From a virus: a DNA stretch of 64,000 nucleotides. Under the pieces are notes generated by a model. It was not told where the DNA came from. It worked only from the letters and a program-made list of their open reading frames with translations, and did no database searches. The stretch is from the IMG/VR virus record IMGVR_UViG_3300046791_000269, positions 2,954 through 66,953 of that record; one strand, given 5' to 3'. Below, piece by piece: positions 18,070-27,380 of this stretch; the first letter of the stretch is position 1, and every line of letters starts with the position of its first letter. The position numbers and the translations under genes are program-made.

Positions 18070-19742
18070 TACGTGCCGTCCTCAAGCATGCGCATCATTT
18101 GCCCGCGGATACCGCTGACGATTGCGCCGGCTGCGCCCTCGGGGGTTCCGTCATGGTCACCGAGGGCCACGTTGATGTCGCCGAACTTGATATCACCGTA
18201 CTTGTGGCCACCGGCGGCTACCGACCCGGCCTGTGTGGCCGAGTTGGTTGAGCGGGAAGCCGCGGCCATGCGGGCCTGGCTTTCCTTTACTGCGTCGCCG
18301 TCGCCGAACGTCTCATTGAGTGGCGTAAACATGAACTTCGCGAAGTCCGACGATGCGAGCGCGATGAATGGCTTGAAGAAATCGGCCGCCATTTGGAGCC
18401 CGGTGCCCATCGCGACCGCGAACCTGACAAAGGACTCACGCAACTCTGCGCCGTGGTCACGAATGAAAACGGCTGCTGCCTGGATCTCCGTCCCGAGCGA
18501 CTTGGCCGCCTCCGACAGAAGTCCAGCGATGTCCGTTTGCTGAACGAACGCCGATGCCGCGTTGAACAGTTCCACGACAGCCTTACCGAGTGCCGCAACC
18601 TGCGGGCCGGCCACTGCCGATTGAATCGACGCCATGATGCTCGAGAACGCGGCGGTGACACCGGGCCCAACCTCTTCACCGAGCGAGATGAAAGCGTTTT
18701 CGACCTGTCCCTTGAGCGTGCGCCACATCCCCCCGACAGAGGACGAATTGATCTTCATCGCGAATCCACCGGACTGCTCCACTCCGAGCTGGTTCCGGAC
18801 CGCCTGCAAAATGGCCGGGATAGCCACGTCGGCCGACAGATCGCCAGCCTTCTGCATCTTGAGGATCTCTTGGCGCGTCTTGCCGAGCGTCTTTCCGAGA
18901 ACCTTGTAAACCTCGTCGGCGCTGACACCGTGCTCCGCGAGCTGGCCGGTGATTTCTTCCGCCTGTAGCCGCCCCTTCATCTTGATCTGCGAGATGGCGC
19001 GCAGGGCGAATTCGGCGCTCTCGGAGCTTCCGGTCAAGGCCTGCAAATCGGCAGACATCCGGACGAGCTCGCGGGCCATCGGAACCTTGAAGCCCGAGTT
19101 GGCCAGCATCTTGAACTGGTCGACCGTTTCGACCACGTCGAGTCCGAGGCCGCCGGCCTCCTTGCGGACCTCGGAGAACTGCTGAGCGGCGAGGGGCCCG
19201 TCCTTCAAAATCGATGTGAGTGCAGTTTTAGAGCGCTGGCCAAAGTCGATGGCGGCCATCGTGGCGCTCGTGAACTTTGCGGCAACGAATCCGACTGCGG
19301 CCGCAGCCACAGCCGACACGCCAGCGATGGTGGCGAGCGCGCCGACCGCTGTTGAGCGCCCCGCGGTGTCGTTCCGTGCTCCGCGCGCTTGGCTGCGGCG
19401 GAGGTTCCTAGCTTGTGTCTGCTTGTGGCGCATGACACCAGCGAAACGCTCCTGGAGGCGGGCGCGCTGTGCGCCCAGCCGACTCTTGGTGTCGGCCGCG
19501 GCGGCCCGTTGCGTGGCCTCACGCTTCTTCTGCATCGCGCGAAGCTCCTGACGATGCGTCGTGTCCGCCATGCGCCGGCTGGCCTTCAGCTTCTTCTGAA
19601 ACGCCGACTCACCCTGATCAAAAATCCGCTGCTTGTCGCGCAGGTCATCGCTAAGGCCACGGATCGAACGCGACATCGCGCGCGCCGGGCCCGTCACCTG
19701 ATTGTTCAGGCGTAGCGTAAAGTCTGCGGAGCCGTCAGCCAT
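18069..19742 (-). CDS. Tail tape measure protein
   Basis: 557 aa, helical, Ala/Gln/Arg-rich with hydrophobic segments. Follows the G/GT chaperone pair. Confidence 0.75.
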   Translation of the reverse strand: MADGSADFTLRLNNQVTGPARAMSRSIRGLSDDLRDKQRIFDQGESAFQKKLKASRRMADTTHRQELRAMQKKREATQRAAAADTKSRLGAQRARLQERFAGVMRHKQTQARNLRRSQARGARNDTAGRSTAVGALATIAGVSAVAAAAVGFVAAKFTSATMAAIDFGQRSKTALTSILKDGPLAAQQFSEVRKEAGGLGLDVVETVDQFKMLANSGFKVPMARELVRMSADLQALTGSSESAEFALRAISQIKMKGRLQAEEITGQLAEHGVSADEVYKVLGKTLGKTRQEILKMQKAGDLSADVAIPAILQAVRNQLGVEQSGGFAMKINSSSVGGMWRTLKGQVENAFISLGEEVGPGVTAAFSSIMASIQSAVAGPQVAALGKAVVELFNAASAFVQQTDIAGLLSEAAKSLGTEIQAAAVFIRDHGAELRESFVRFAVAMGTGLQMAADFFKPFIALASSDFAKFMFTPLNETFGDGDAVKESQARMAAASRSTNSATQAGSVAAGGHKYGDIKFGDINVALGDHDGTPEGAAGAIVSGIRGQMMRMLEDGT

Positions 19743-19959
19743 CCTTCAGTTTTCTTCCGGCCTTGGCCAGTGCGTCGAGATACGCAGTCAAGTTCCGATC
19801 GATGTTCACGACCGCCGACTGGTACTGGAGTTCGAGGTCCGCGCCGAGTTCGGCCTCGTCGGTGAATGCGCCACTCTCGTCGCGCTCGAGCCCGCGAAAT
19901 GCAAGCAAGGCCCGCCCGCCCACGTCGGGGGCAGAGCGGGCCTCGTCTAGTCTTTTCCC
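19735..19959 (-). CDS. T-extension of the tail assembly chaperone, expressed as a G-T fusion by -1 frameshift
   Basis: -1 frame is open from 19971 downward. Slippery heptamer G_GGA_AAA (plus-strand 19953-19959) sits 2 codons before the gpG stop. Confidence 0.55.
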   Translation of the reverse strand, partial: GKRLDEARSAPDVGGRALLAFRGLERDESGAFTDEAELGADLELQYQSAVVNIDRNLTAYLDALAKAGRKLKDG

Positions 19960-20348
19960 TCGGTCACGCCCTCATCCTGCATCTTAGAGATAGCTAGGGC
20001 GGCCTGGTTTGCGAAGTTCGTGTATTCGTCGAAAACTTGCTTGAGTTGCTCGCGGTCTTTCGGCCAGATGCAGCACGACTTCGTAGCGGTCTCGTTCGCG
20101 TCGATCAGTGGAGCGGCGTCGCCGTCAGCCTCGTACTTCTTGTTCGCGCTGTTCGAAAGCTTCGTGAACGCAATAACCTCGCTCCGTCGCATCCTGCGAC
20201 AGGCGACGAGGCCAAAGCCATCGATCTCCCACCAAACTATGAACTTGTGCTGAGCCCGCAGCGACGCGAGAATCCCCGCCCGCTCGGCCTTTTTCGATTC
20301 TTCGGACGAGCCCAGTTCATCCGCGCGCTCGACTAGCGAATCCGTCAC
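19947..20348 (-). CDS. Tail assembly chaperone (gpG-like)
   Basis: 133 aa, acidic; lies between the tube and tape measure genes. Confidence 0.6.
   Translation of the reverse strand: MTDSLVERADELGSSEESKKAERAGILASLRAQHKFIVWWEIDGFGLVACRRMRRSEVIAFTKLSNSANKKYEADGDAAPLIDANETATKSCCIWPKDREQLKQVFDEYTNFANQAALAISKMQDEGVTEGKD
19953..19959 (-). other. Programmed -1 ribosomal frameshift slippery site GGGAAAA(G)
   Basis: Lambda G/GT uses GGGAAAG. The position and a downstream open -1 frame match. Confidence 0.5.
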
Positions 20349-20391
20349 GTTTGCCTCCGTTTTCCGACCGCATTACGCGGCCACTCGCGCA

Positions 20392-20865
20392 CTAAACCGC
20401 GCTGCCTACGTCCTGACCGTAAACGTCGACACCCTGGTAGTAGATGTTCGACGTGTTGAACTCGACCGGCACGACCAGCATGTCCGGGCCACGCTTGTAA
20501 GACTGCTCGACGCTCGAAACGCGCGCCCTCCAGATCGTGTCCTGCGTGATGATGTTGTTCTTGAAGTAGGTGGCGCCGATGGTGAGGACCATCGTGCCGA
20601 CCCCGAACCCAAGCTCCGCGGCAATCGCAGCCCAGTAGTCCCACTGGGCCTTCTGGACCGTCATCGCCGTCTCGTGCTCGGCCTCGCCGTCGGTCCAGTC
20701 CTGAACCGTCCGGTGCGAGCCGTACATGGGCTCGCGGTTGATCTTCGTGGAGTAGCTCAACTCTTCGAGCATTCCGACGAGCCCGATGGAACCCTGCGTG
20801 GTCACGAGCTCGACCGAGCAGTTCTGAAGGTCCATCGTGATGTTGTTGACCGTGACAGTTGCCAT
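20392..20865 (-). CDS. Tail tube protein
   Basis: 157 aa, immediately after the sheath gene. Confidence 0.65.
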   Translation of the reverse strand: MATVTVNNITMDLQNCSVELVTTQGSIGLVGMLEELSYSTKINREPMYGSHRTVQDWTDGEAEHETAMTVQKAQWDYWAAIAAELGFGVGTMVLTIGATYFKNNIITQDTIWRARVSSVEQSYKRGPDMLVVPVEFNTSNIYYQGVDVYGQDVGSAV

Positions 20866-20867
20866 CG

Positions 20868-22361
20868 TTACACCGCCACCGATCGGGAGAGACCCACGGT
20901 CGCTTCAAGGTTTTCCATCGGAGGCAGCGGGACTGCCCTCCACGTCGCCTTGACGATGCGCGTACCGAACACGTCATTCGTCTGGTCGATTGTCGCGCCC
21001 TGCTCCTCGACGTGGTTCGGTTGTCCGTCCACCGTCGGGCCGCGCATGACTTCCGCGATCTGCGCGTTGATGGCGCTTTCCATCTGCTTGGCCGCCACCG
21101 GGTGAATCGGCCGCTGCGTCACGCCCGGGACTCTGATGGTCGAAACCTTCGAGTTCCGGTAGCGCGCAAGCGCCATGTCGAACACCGTGGTTCCCTCGTC
21201 GAGGGTCACGCCGAAATCCCAGTAAAGGAAGTCGGAGCCGGCCGGGCTCTTGAGGTAGCCGTTCGTCGGGAAGAATCCGGGTCCGCTCTGGTCGGTGCGG
21301 AACGTGTTGGTCTTGTCCGCTTCGGTGAAGATCGGCGCCTTCATCTCGTCGTTCGAGATGGCCACGACGCCGTCCATCGGACCGGACGCCACGCGCCCGA
21401 GGTTCTCGGAGATTTGCGCCCGAACCGCCCGGAGGAAGTTCGAGTGGATCTCAGAGACGCGCGGGATCGCGAAGCCAGCGAAGGGCTGCGGGCTGATGCG
21501 CTCCTCGAGGCCGTACTGGACAGCCACGCGGGAGTTGGCGAACACGCCGCCCACGCTGGTCAGGTAGTTGGCGCTCGTATCGATCGAGCCGCCGTCCGCC
21601 ATCGCGCGGGCAAAGTGCTTGCTCGTGGCGAGCGTCGACATGTGTGTAGCGATAGCCGCGAGAACCGTTGCCGCCGCAGACGCCGACGCCGGATTGCCGG
21701 CAAAGCAGACCTTGCGGATCTTCCGGTTGTTGAGGAGCGGCGACGCGAGGAGTGCCGTGATGGCTGTGCCGAGGTCGGTCGTGTTGTAGTGCGGGCACGT
21801 CGAGGTGCCGGTGAACACGTCGCCGAGTTCGAAGAAGGTCGGGCCGCCACCGGGCGTAAACGTCCACGTGAACCCAGCCCCGGGCACAGCGAACGTTCCG
21901 CCGGCCGGGATGATGATCTCCTCAGAGAACGTCCGGTCCGTGTCGGCCGTCGCGTTGGTGCGGTCGAGTGAGTAGTCGAACTTGCCGACTCCCACCGTTC
22001 CGGTCTTCTTGATGCGGATCTTGACCGCAAAGTCGTGCGTCGCTCCGCCGGCGGACACCGTCATGGTGCCGGTGCTCGTGCCGATACGAGCGACGGTGAT
22101 CGCGCTGTTCACGCCAGCAACGGTCGCCGCCGTCTTCAGAAAGAAGCAGCCGCCGATCGCGTCGATGCAGGAGAGCGCGATGTCAACGCCGGGCCCGCGC
22201 CCCACGGCGGTCTTGAACGCCTGTGGATCTGTCCCCATGTAGAGCGTCGCGGCTGTGCCGGCGCTCGACGGGGCAATGACAAGCGGGAAATTCGCTCCGC
22301 CCGAGACGAGCTGGAGCCCGCCATCCTGGACCGTGATGGTAACTGTGCCCGGATAGGCCAT
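20868..22361 (-). CDS. Contractile tail sheath protein
   Basis: 497 aa; sheath-like sequence character and position. Confidence 0.75.
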   Translation of the reverse strand: MAYPGTVTITVQDGGLQLVSGGANFPLVIAPSSAGTAATLYMGTDPQAFKTAVGRGPGVDIALSCIDAIGGCFFLKTAATVAGVNSAITVARIGTSTGTMTVSAGGATHDFAVKIRIKKTGTVGVGKFDYSLDRTNATADTDRTFSEEIIIPAGGTFAVPGAGFTWTFTPGGGPTFFELGDVFTGTSTCPHYNTTDLGTAITALLASPLLNNRKIRKVCFAGNPASASAAATVLAAIATHMSTLATSKHFARAMADGGSIDTSANYLTSVGGVFANSRVAVQYGLEERISPQPFAGFAIPRVSEIHSNFLRAVRAQISENLGRVASGPMDGVVAISNDEMKAPIFTEADKTNTFRTDQSGPGFFPTNGYLKSPAGSDFLYWDFGVTLDEGTTVFDMALARYRNSKVSTIRVPGVTQRPIHPVAAKQMESAINAQIAEVMRGPTVDGQPNHVEEQGATIDQTNDVFGTRIVKATWRAVPLPPMENLEATVGLSRSVAV

Positions 22362-22364
22362 TCG

Positions 22365-22742
22365 CTAGGCTCCCTTGACCGATGCGGTTCGCTTCGGTGC
22401 GTGAGGCGAGAGCGCCGCGGGGTGCGGCTCGTACTCGCCATGAGTGTTGGTTTTGCCGGCCGCGCTGAGCGCAGCCTCGTAGTCGGCGCGGGTGAGCTTG
22501 ATTGGCTCGCCGGCGTGGTGCGCGTGCGATGCCCAACCGTGGAGGGCAGACGCGGCCTCGTGCTCCCACAGGAAGTCACCGATCACGTCAAACTCTTTGC
22601 CGTTGATCTTTGAGACGGTGTCCTCGAACCGTTTCGAGCGGCGCTGTCCGCACGGGCCCGTCCACTCTTCCGGAGTGCGCTTGTCACTCTGGACAGGGCT
22701 CGGCACTGGCGCCACAGCACTTTTCTCGTCGTCTTTCGCCAT
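22365..22742 (-). CDS. Hypothetical virion protein (125 aa)
   Basis: Position. Confidence 0.4.
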   Translation of the reverse strand: MAKDDEKSAVAPVPSPVQSDKRTPEEWTGPCGQRRSKRFEDTVSKINGKEFDVIGDFLWEHEAASALHGWASHAHHAGEPIKLTRADYEAALSAAGKTNTHGEYEPHPAALSPHAPKRTASVKGA

Positions 22743-22747
22743 GTTTT

Positions 22748-23341
22748 CTACGGTTCGCTGTACTTGTCAGGTTCAACCCACTGGTTGACCTCGTAGGCAG
22801 TGTCGGCCTCGAGTTCGCCAACCGGCGATTCGATGCCTGTGCGGATCACGGTGTCCACGAGCACCACAGTCTCAACCTCGCCGTCGAACTCGCGCGCGAC
22901 GTTCACCCAAACGGGCAGGTTCAACACGATCACTGACAGTCCGCTTTGGAGCGACTTCCCGGCGATCTGTGACGGGTACTCGTAGGAAGCGGCCTCGGCC
23001 CAGCGGAAACGCTCCGCCGCGACTCGGTCGGTGGCCATCCAGAGCCGGTCAAGCAGGTGCTCGGCCTGCTCCTCATTCGTGTGCCAGATGCGGATCTGGC
23101 TCATCGCCAGGCGGACACCGAGAACGGGTACCGGTGGATCGCTCTGGTCCGTGATGACGTGGTCGCTGGTAGTGAAGCGCCCGCCGATTTGTGTCCAGAC
23201 GACTTTCGGCGCCTTCTGGTCCTCGTTGAACCCGATGCGTCCGAATTCGAGCTCCGGGACGGCCCGGGACTCAGCGGTTAGGATTTCGTCGAGCTGTTCG
23301 TGAACGTCGCGCACGAGCAGTCGCCAGGGCGACTCGGCCAT
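22748..23341 (-). CDS. Tail completion / neck protein candidate (197 aa)
   Basis: Position between the head and tail modules. Confidence 0.45.
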   Translation of the reverse strand: MAESPWRLLVRDVHEQLDEILTAESRAVPELEFGRIGFNEDQKAPKVVWTQIGGRFTTSDHVITDQSDPPVPVLGVRLAMSQIRIWHTNEEQAEHLLDRLWMATDRVAAERFRWAEAASYEYPSQIAGKSLQSGLSVIVLNLPVWVNVAREFDGEVETVVLVDTVIRTGIESPVGELEADTAYEVNQWVEPDKYSEP

Positions 23342-23752
23342 CTACTTGAGTCCGAGCGTCAGGAGACAGTGCGTGTTCCAGATGCGGTCGAAGCTGTTGT
23401 CCCAGCTACCCGGCACGCGGCGACCCGGTGAAAGCGCGCGGCGGCGGGAGAAATAGCCGCGGTAGGTAGCCCGCGATCCGATGGTGAAGCCGAATCGGGA
23501 GAGGGTTTTGACTTGGTAGCTCGAGCGGAGCTTCCCGGTCTTGCCCTGGCCGATGCGGCGACCGTCTGGGCGTTTCTTGGGAGCCCAGGGACGGCCAAAC
23601 GGGTCGGCCTGCTTGGCGAACTCGTCGTCGGTGCGGCTCAGTGACTCAGCGGCGAACTTGGCCGAGACATCGTGGAGCGAATTCGGGCTCCCGAGCGCCA
23701 GGATCCCGCGCTGCCACTCGTCGAGTACGCCAAAATCACCGGTCAGGCCCAT
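23342..23752 (-). CDS. Head-tail joining protein candidate (136 aa)
   Basis: Internal ATG of track ORF 23342-24268, whose N-terminal 172 aa are Arg-rich shadow. ATGA overlap with the upstream gene. Confidence 0.45.
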   Translation of the reverse strand: MGLTGDFGVLDEWQRGILALGSPNSLHDVSAKFAAESLSRTDDEFAKQADPFGRPWAPKKRPDGRRIGQGKTGKLRSSYQVKTLSRFGFTIGSRATYRGYFSRRRALSPGRRVPGSWDNSFDRIWNTHCLLTLGLK

Positions 23753-24204
23753 CAGGTGAACCCATCGAGAGACTCGTTCGTCGCCTGCACGAACAGCATG
23801 CAACGGAGCGGCTTGATTTCGACGTGGACGATGCTGAACCGCTCCCACGCCGGATAGAGAGGTCCGCGCAGGAACACGAAGCGGCTTTCGCCATCCTCGA
23901 GCGCGCGGACAAATTTCGATGTATCGAATCCGCCGCCTGCGAATGCCGGCGTGATGGGTCCGACCGTCCAGAGGTTTCCCGGGGCGTTGCCGAACGGGAT
24001 GTCCTCGCCCTTGGCCTGCTTTACGCGCGGGCTCTGTCCGCCAGCCTCGACGATCGCGAATTCCTCGCGAACGATCGTGCCGTCGCCACTCTCGGGGTCG
24101 GCCCACTCGAAAACGAGCTTGGCTTGGTAGCTGCGAAACCCATACGCACCCGCAATGGCCCGCCCGTTGTAGACGGTGGGAAGTAGGTCGTCGGCGAGGG
24201 TCAT
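23752..24204 (-). CDS. Head-tail connector/neck protein candidate (150 aa)
   Basis: Good composition. Confidence 0.5.
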   Translation of the reverse strand: MTLADDLLPTVYNGRAIAGAYGFRSYQAKLVFEWADPESGDGTIVREEFAIVEAGGQSPRVKQAKGEDIPFGNAPGNLWTVGPITPAFAGGGFDTSKFVRALEDGESRFVFLRGPLYPAWERFSIVHVEIKPLRCMLFVQATNESLDGFT

Positions 24205-25031
24205 CAGACTGGGTGGTGCGCGATGTACTCGGGTTGCTCACCAACTCGAGCGGCAAGGGCACGCGCAAGCACAGCGATCCCGTCTGTCACGTCTGTGGGC
24301 TTGAGCTCGGCGCGACGCTCGGCCACGTGGTTGCGGCGAGCCTCAGCGGAGTTCAGGAGCGCCCGACACTGCTCGACGATGCGGGCCGGGCTGAGCCTCC
24401 GCAGCGGGTCCGTGTCGTTCTCTGTCAGGACGCAAGCGCCGCGGGAGTCGAGGAAGAACGTCCGCGTCTTGTCGCTCGGGTCGCTCTCGCGCTGCTTGAT
24501 GTCCACGATGACCTTGGCGCGGTCTACGAGGGCATTCCGCTCAGCGCCGAAGACGTTGAAGTGGCACTCTGGGTTGAGGCCGGCGTCCTGGAGTTTGGTG
24601 AGTAGCTCTACGCGGCGCTCGGTGAGCGAGCCGTAGAACAGGATGTCGATGTCTTTTGGTACGTCCGCCGGCGTCTGCTCGTACCGACCCGGCTCGACGA
24701 CAGCCAAGCCCGTACCGTAGCCGTGAGCCGAGTCCCACACGCAGAGCGCTCGACTGAGCTTCTCTACGTAGGATGCTGGGAACGACCCGCTGCCGGGGAC
24801 CTCGGTCTGGTAGATGATGACCGGGTAGTTCGGGAGGACAACGCCCTCGCGGTGGGCGCCGATGACGATCTCGATGGCGCCTTTGAGGGCTCCGGCTGCG
24901 TGGTCCTGGGCGAAATCATTGGCTCGCCACACCTCGTGGCCGGCCGCTTTCAGTGCAGCGGCGAGACAATCCGCGATGTCCTCGAGGCACCGCCACCACC
25001 GGAGGCGGGGCAGCACGACCGAGAATTTCAC
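24204..25031 (-). CDS. Glycosyltransferase-like protein (GT-B-like C-terminal region)
   Basis: DIDILFYGSL..R..FNVFG pattern resembling GT1-type C-terminal domains. Weak call. Confidence 0.45.
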   Translation of the reverse strand: MKFSVVLPRLRWWRCLEDIADCLAAALKAAGHEVWRANDFAQDHAAGALKGAIEIVIGAHREGVVLPNYPVIIYQTEVPGSGSFPASYVEKLSRALCVWDSAHGYGTGLAVVEPGRYEQTPADVPKDIDILFYGSLTERRVELLTKLQDAGLNPECHFNVFGAERNALVDRAKVIVDIKQRESDPSDKTRTFFLDSRGACVLTENDTDPLRRLSPARIVEQCRALLNSAEARRNHVAERRAELKPTDVTDGIAVLARALAARVGEQPEYIAHHPV

Positions 25032-25864
25032 GACGGACCGTCAGGGTGGATGTGGACCGGAAGCGGTCCGTACATCTTTACCGCCGGCGCTTGGCCATTC
25101 GGTTTCGACTCGGCCGGCACGCTCGCGTGCGGGTCTTGCCGAACCTCGGGGGTAGTATCGGGCGTGCGGTTCGCCTTGGTGGGCGTAACGTCATCTTCGC
25201 GTGGAACGAAGACCTGCTCGCCGTAGTGCTCGACAACCACGCCGCGATGCATCCAAATCTCGCCGCCGAGGTTCGTCCACCTGCGACAGAACGCGATGTC
25301 CTCGCCAGCGTAGCTAACGCCCTGCTGGAACGTCGGCGACCAGAGCCCCGTGATGATGCCGTAGCCCTTCACTTCGTAGACGAGGCTTCGGTAGGCGCCC
25401 GCCATCCGCTCGATCACGGCCCGCTCAATGAGCATGAAGCCGGCCGGGACGTGCTTGCACTCCCAAAGCGGCAGATCGATCTCGGGGCCGCGCGCCCTGG
25501 CGTTCGGATAGAGGGTCGCGAAAGGTTCGCCCTCTTGGCGCCCCGTGTAGTCGGCGGGGATTTCGCGGTTTTCCTGCTTCTTCGAATATGTGCCGGCGAT
25601 GAACGGCTTCCTCGTGTCGAGGAGTGCCTGGATCTGCTCCGGCCCAAACCCGATGTCCGAGTCCACACAGAGCATGTGTGTCGCTGGACTGTCGAGGAAG
25701 CCGTCGGTCAGGAGGTCGCGATTTCTCGGAAGGATTGGCCCGTGCTTCTGGGCCATCTGCATCCGTTCATGAAAAACATGCGCGGTCCTAAGAACGCCCT
25801 GGAAATACGGGATATGTACGCGGCCGTCATGGGTCGGTGTGCAGAGATAGAGTGTCGGTTTCAC
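25028..25864 (-). CDS. Glycosyltransferase, GT-A fold with DxD motif
   Basis: LCVDSDIGF (DxD) and YAGEDIAFCRRW motifs. Confidence 0.55.
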   Translation of the reverse strand: MKPTLYLCTPTHDGRVHIPYFQGVLRTAHVFHERMQMAQKHGPILPRNRDLLTDGFLDSPATHMLCVDSDIGFGPEQIQALLDTRKPFIAGTYSKKQENREIPADYTGRQEGEPFATLYPNARARGPEIDLPLWECKHVPAGFMLIERAVIERMAGAYRSLVYEVKGYGIITGLWSPTFQQGVSYAGEDIAFCRRWTNLGGEIWMHRGVVVEHYGEQVFVPREDDVTPTKANRTPDTTPEVRQDPHASVPAESKPNGQAPAVKMYGPLPVHIHPDGPS

Positions 25865-25891
25865 TGGGGTTCCCTTGTTGAAATTGCCTTT

Positions 25892-26290
25892 TCAGCCGAG
25901 AGAAATCTCCCCGGTATTCGGCGCCGAAGTGCCGAAGTAGCGCCCGTACAATTCGACCCCAAACGATTGTCGCAGCCGCTCGATGAGCATCTTGCCGCGG
26001 CCCATTGCGTCAACCGACGCTCCGTTAGACTCGGTGGTGGTGTTGTACCACTCGACGTCGCCCGTGATGGCCTTGAGCGAGCCGGTCGAGCTAGCAGACG
26101 CTCCCGCGGTCGCAATGACAGCGTCGATCGTCACGAGCTCGGTAAGGATTGTCTCCACCGCGGTCTGCTCAACAGCAGACCCGCCCACCTTGTCCATCAT
26201 CCCCTCGAGTTGAGGGTCGAGATCGTAGAACCCGAGCGGGCGCCCGAGGTATCGACGGATGGATACCTTTTGCGTTTCGGTGAAGGCCAT
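25892..26290 (-). CDS. Hypothetical head/connector protein (132 aa)
   Basis: Position. Confidence 0.45.
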   Translation of the reverse strand: MAFTETQKVSIRRYLGRPLGFYDLDPQLEGMMDKVGGSAVEQTAVETILTELVTIDAVIATAGASASSTGSLKAITGDVEWYNTTTESNGASVDAMGRGKMLIERLRQSFGVELYGRYFGTSAPNTGEISLG

Positions 26291-26292
26291 TG

Positions 26293-26775
26293 TCAGCTCG
26301 TGGCCGACTTCGGCCCTTCTAGTTTCTTCGGCTTGCGCTCAGTCAACTCGAGCTTCCGCGTAGTCTCCGCAATGAGTTCCTCGGCCGCCTTCGTGTCGGC
26401 CTTGGCCGATGCGAGTTCGGACTCAAGAGCCCTCACGCGATCCGATAGCGCCACCGAACGAGCCTCAGCCGTTTCGCGGCGCGACTCGGCGGCCTGGATC
26501 TCTGCGCGGGCCGCTTTTGCGTCGGCTTCGGCCGCGGCCAGCGACTCCTTCAGCCGCAGATACTCGTCAGAGCGAATCGTCGCGCGCTCTTCCTCGGCCA
26601 CCCGTCGCGCCTTTGTCTCTGGCGCGACGGGGATCTCTGCAACGGGGAACTTCTGCGCAACCAGATGTGCAACGAGATCGCCTGGCACTTCACATGCGCC
26701 ATAGGCGTCCCACCGGTATTTCCTACCGAGGGCCTCCCAATCGAGCCGATGCTGCGTCTGGTTGTGGAGAAGCAT
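26293..26775 (-). CDS. Coiled-coil protein (160 aa)
   Basis: Long heptad-like AEAxAKA repeats. Confidence 0.45.
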   Translation of the reverse strand: MLLHNQTQHRLDWEALGRKYRWDAYGACEVPGDLVAHLVAQKFPVAEIPVAPETKARRVAEEERATIRSDEYLRLKESLAAAEADAKAARAEIQAAESRRETAEARSVALSDRVRALESELASAKADTKAAEELIAETTRKLELTERKPKKLEGPKSATS

Positions 26776-27311
26776 CAGGCCGGCACCACGTCCACGTAGA
26801 TGCCGATCGGCCCGTCCTGCGAGTGGTCGTTGAGCTGTTCCTTGATCTCGTTCACGAGAACGAGGAGGTCAGTGGCGTCCGTCGCGTCGGCGGTCGTGAC
26901 CGTGTTGGTGTCGTCCGCCGTGTAGTGGACGTTCGACGCCGTGCGGTGCGTGTTGAACTGGGCCTTGATCTCGTTCGCGAGAGCCACGCAGGTAGCGGTG
27001 TCGGTGCCGTCCGCCATCGTGATCACGGCGGATGTCGCCGTGTCGTGCGCCTTGCCGAGTGCGTCCGTGAAGTGGGCGTCCGTATAGGCTTTGCACTCAT
27101 TGGTGAGGGAAAAGCCCGTGGCGTCGTCCGTCGCGTCCGCGGTTGCGATGGTGTAGGCCGAAAATGCGTAGTCGCGCGAGTCCGGACGCAACGTCGACGA
27201 CATTTTCGAGATGTGGAATTTGGTGCTGATGCCATCGAGTACCAGCTTGTTGTTCGCGGCAAGAAGCGCGGACAGCAGGTCGGTATCGACGTCTCTCGGT
27301 TGAATAGCCAT
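26775..27311 (-). CDS. Capsid accessory/decoration candidate with internal repeats (178 aa)
   Basis: ANEIKAQFNTH and VNEIKEQLNDH repeats. Lies downstream of the major capsid protein gene. Confidence 0.45.
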   Translation of the reverse strand: MAIQPRDVDTDLLSALLAANNKLVLDGISTKFHISKMSSTLRPDSRDYAFSAYTIATADATDDATGFSLTNECKAYTDAHFTDALGKAHDTATSAVITMADGTDTATCVALANEIKAQFNTHRTASNVHYTADDTNTVTTADATDATDLLVLVNEIKEQLNDHSQDGPIGIYVDVVPA

Positions 27312-27380
27312 GCTTGTTTTCTCCGTGTGACTGAGCGGGCGCCCGACAGGCGGGTTAGGCCGCGAGCGCCCAGTCAGCTA

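Noticed and set aside
23342-24268. 308-aa track ORF with an Arg-rich N-terminal 172 aa
   Set aside because: Only the C-terminal 136 aa (from the ATG at 23752) are protein-like. The N-terminal part overlaps the real gene 23752-24204 in another frame
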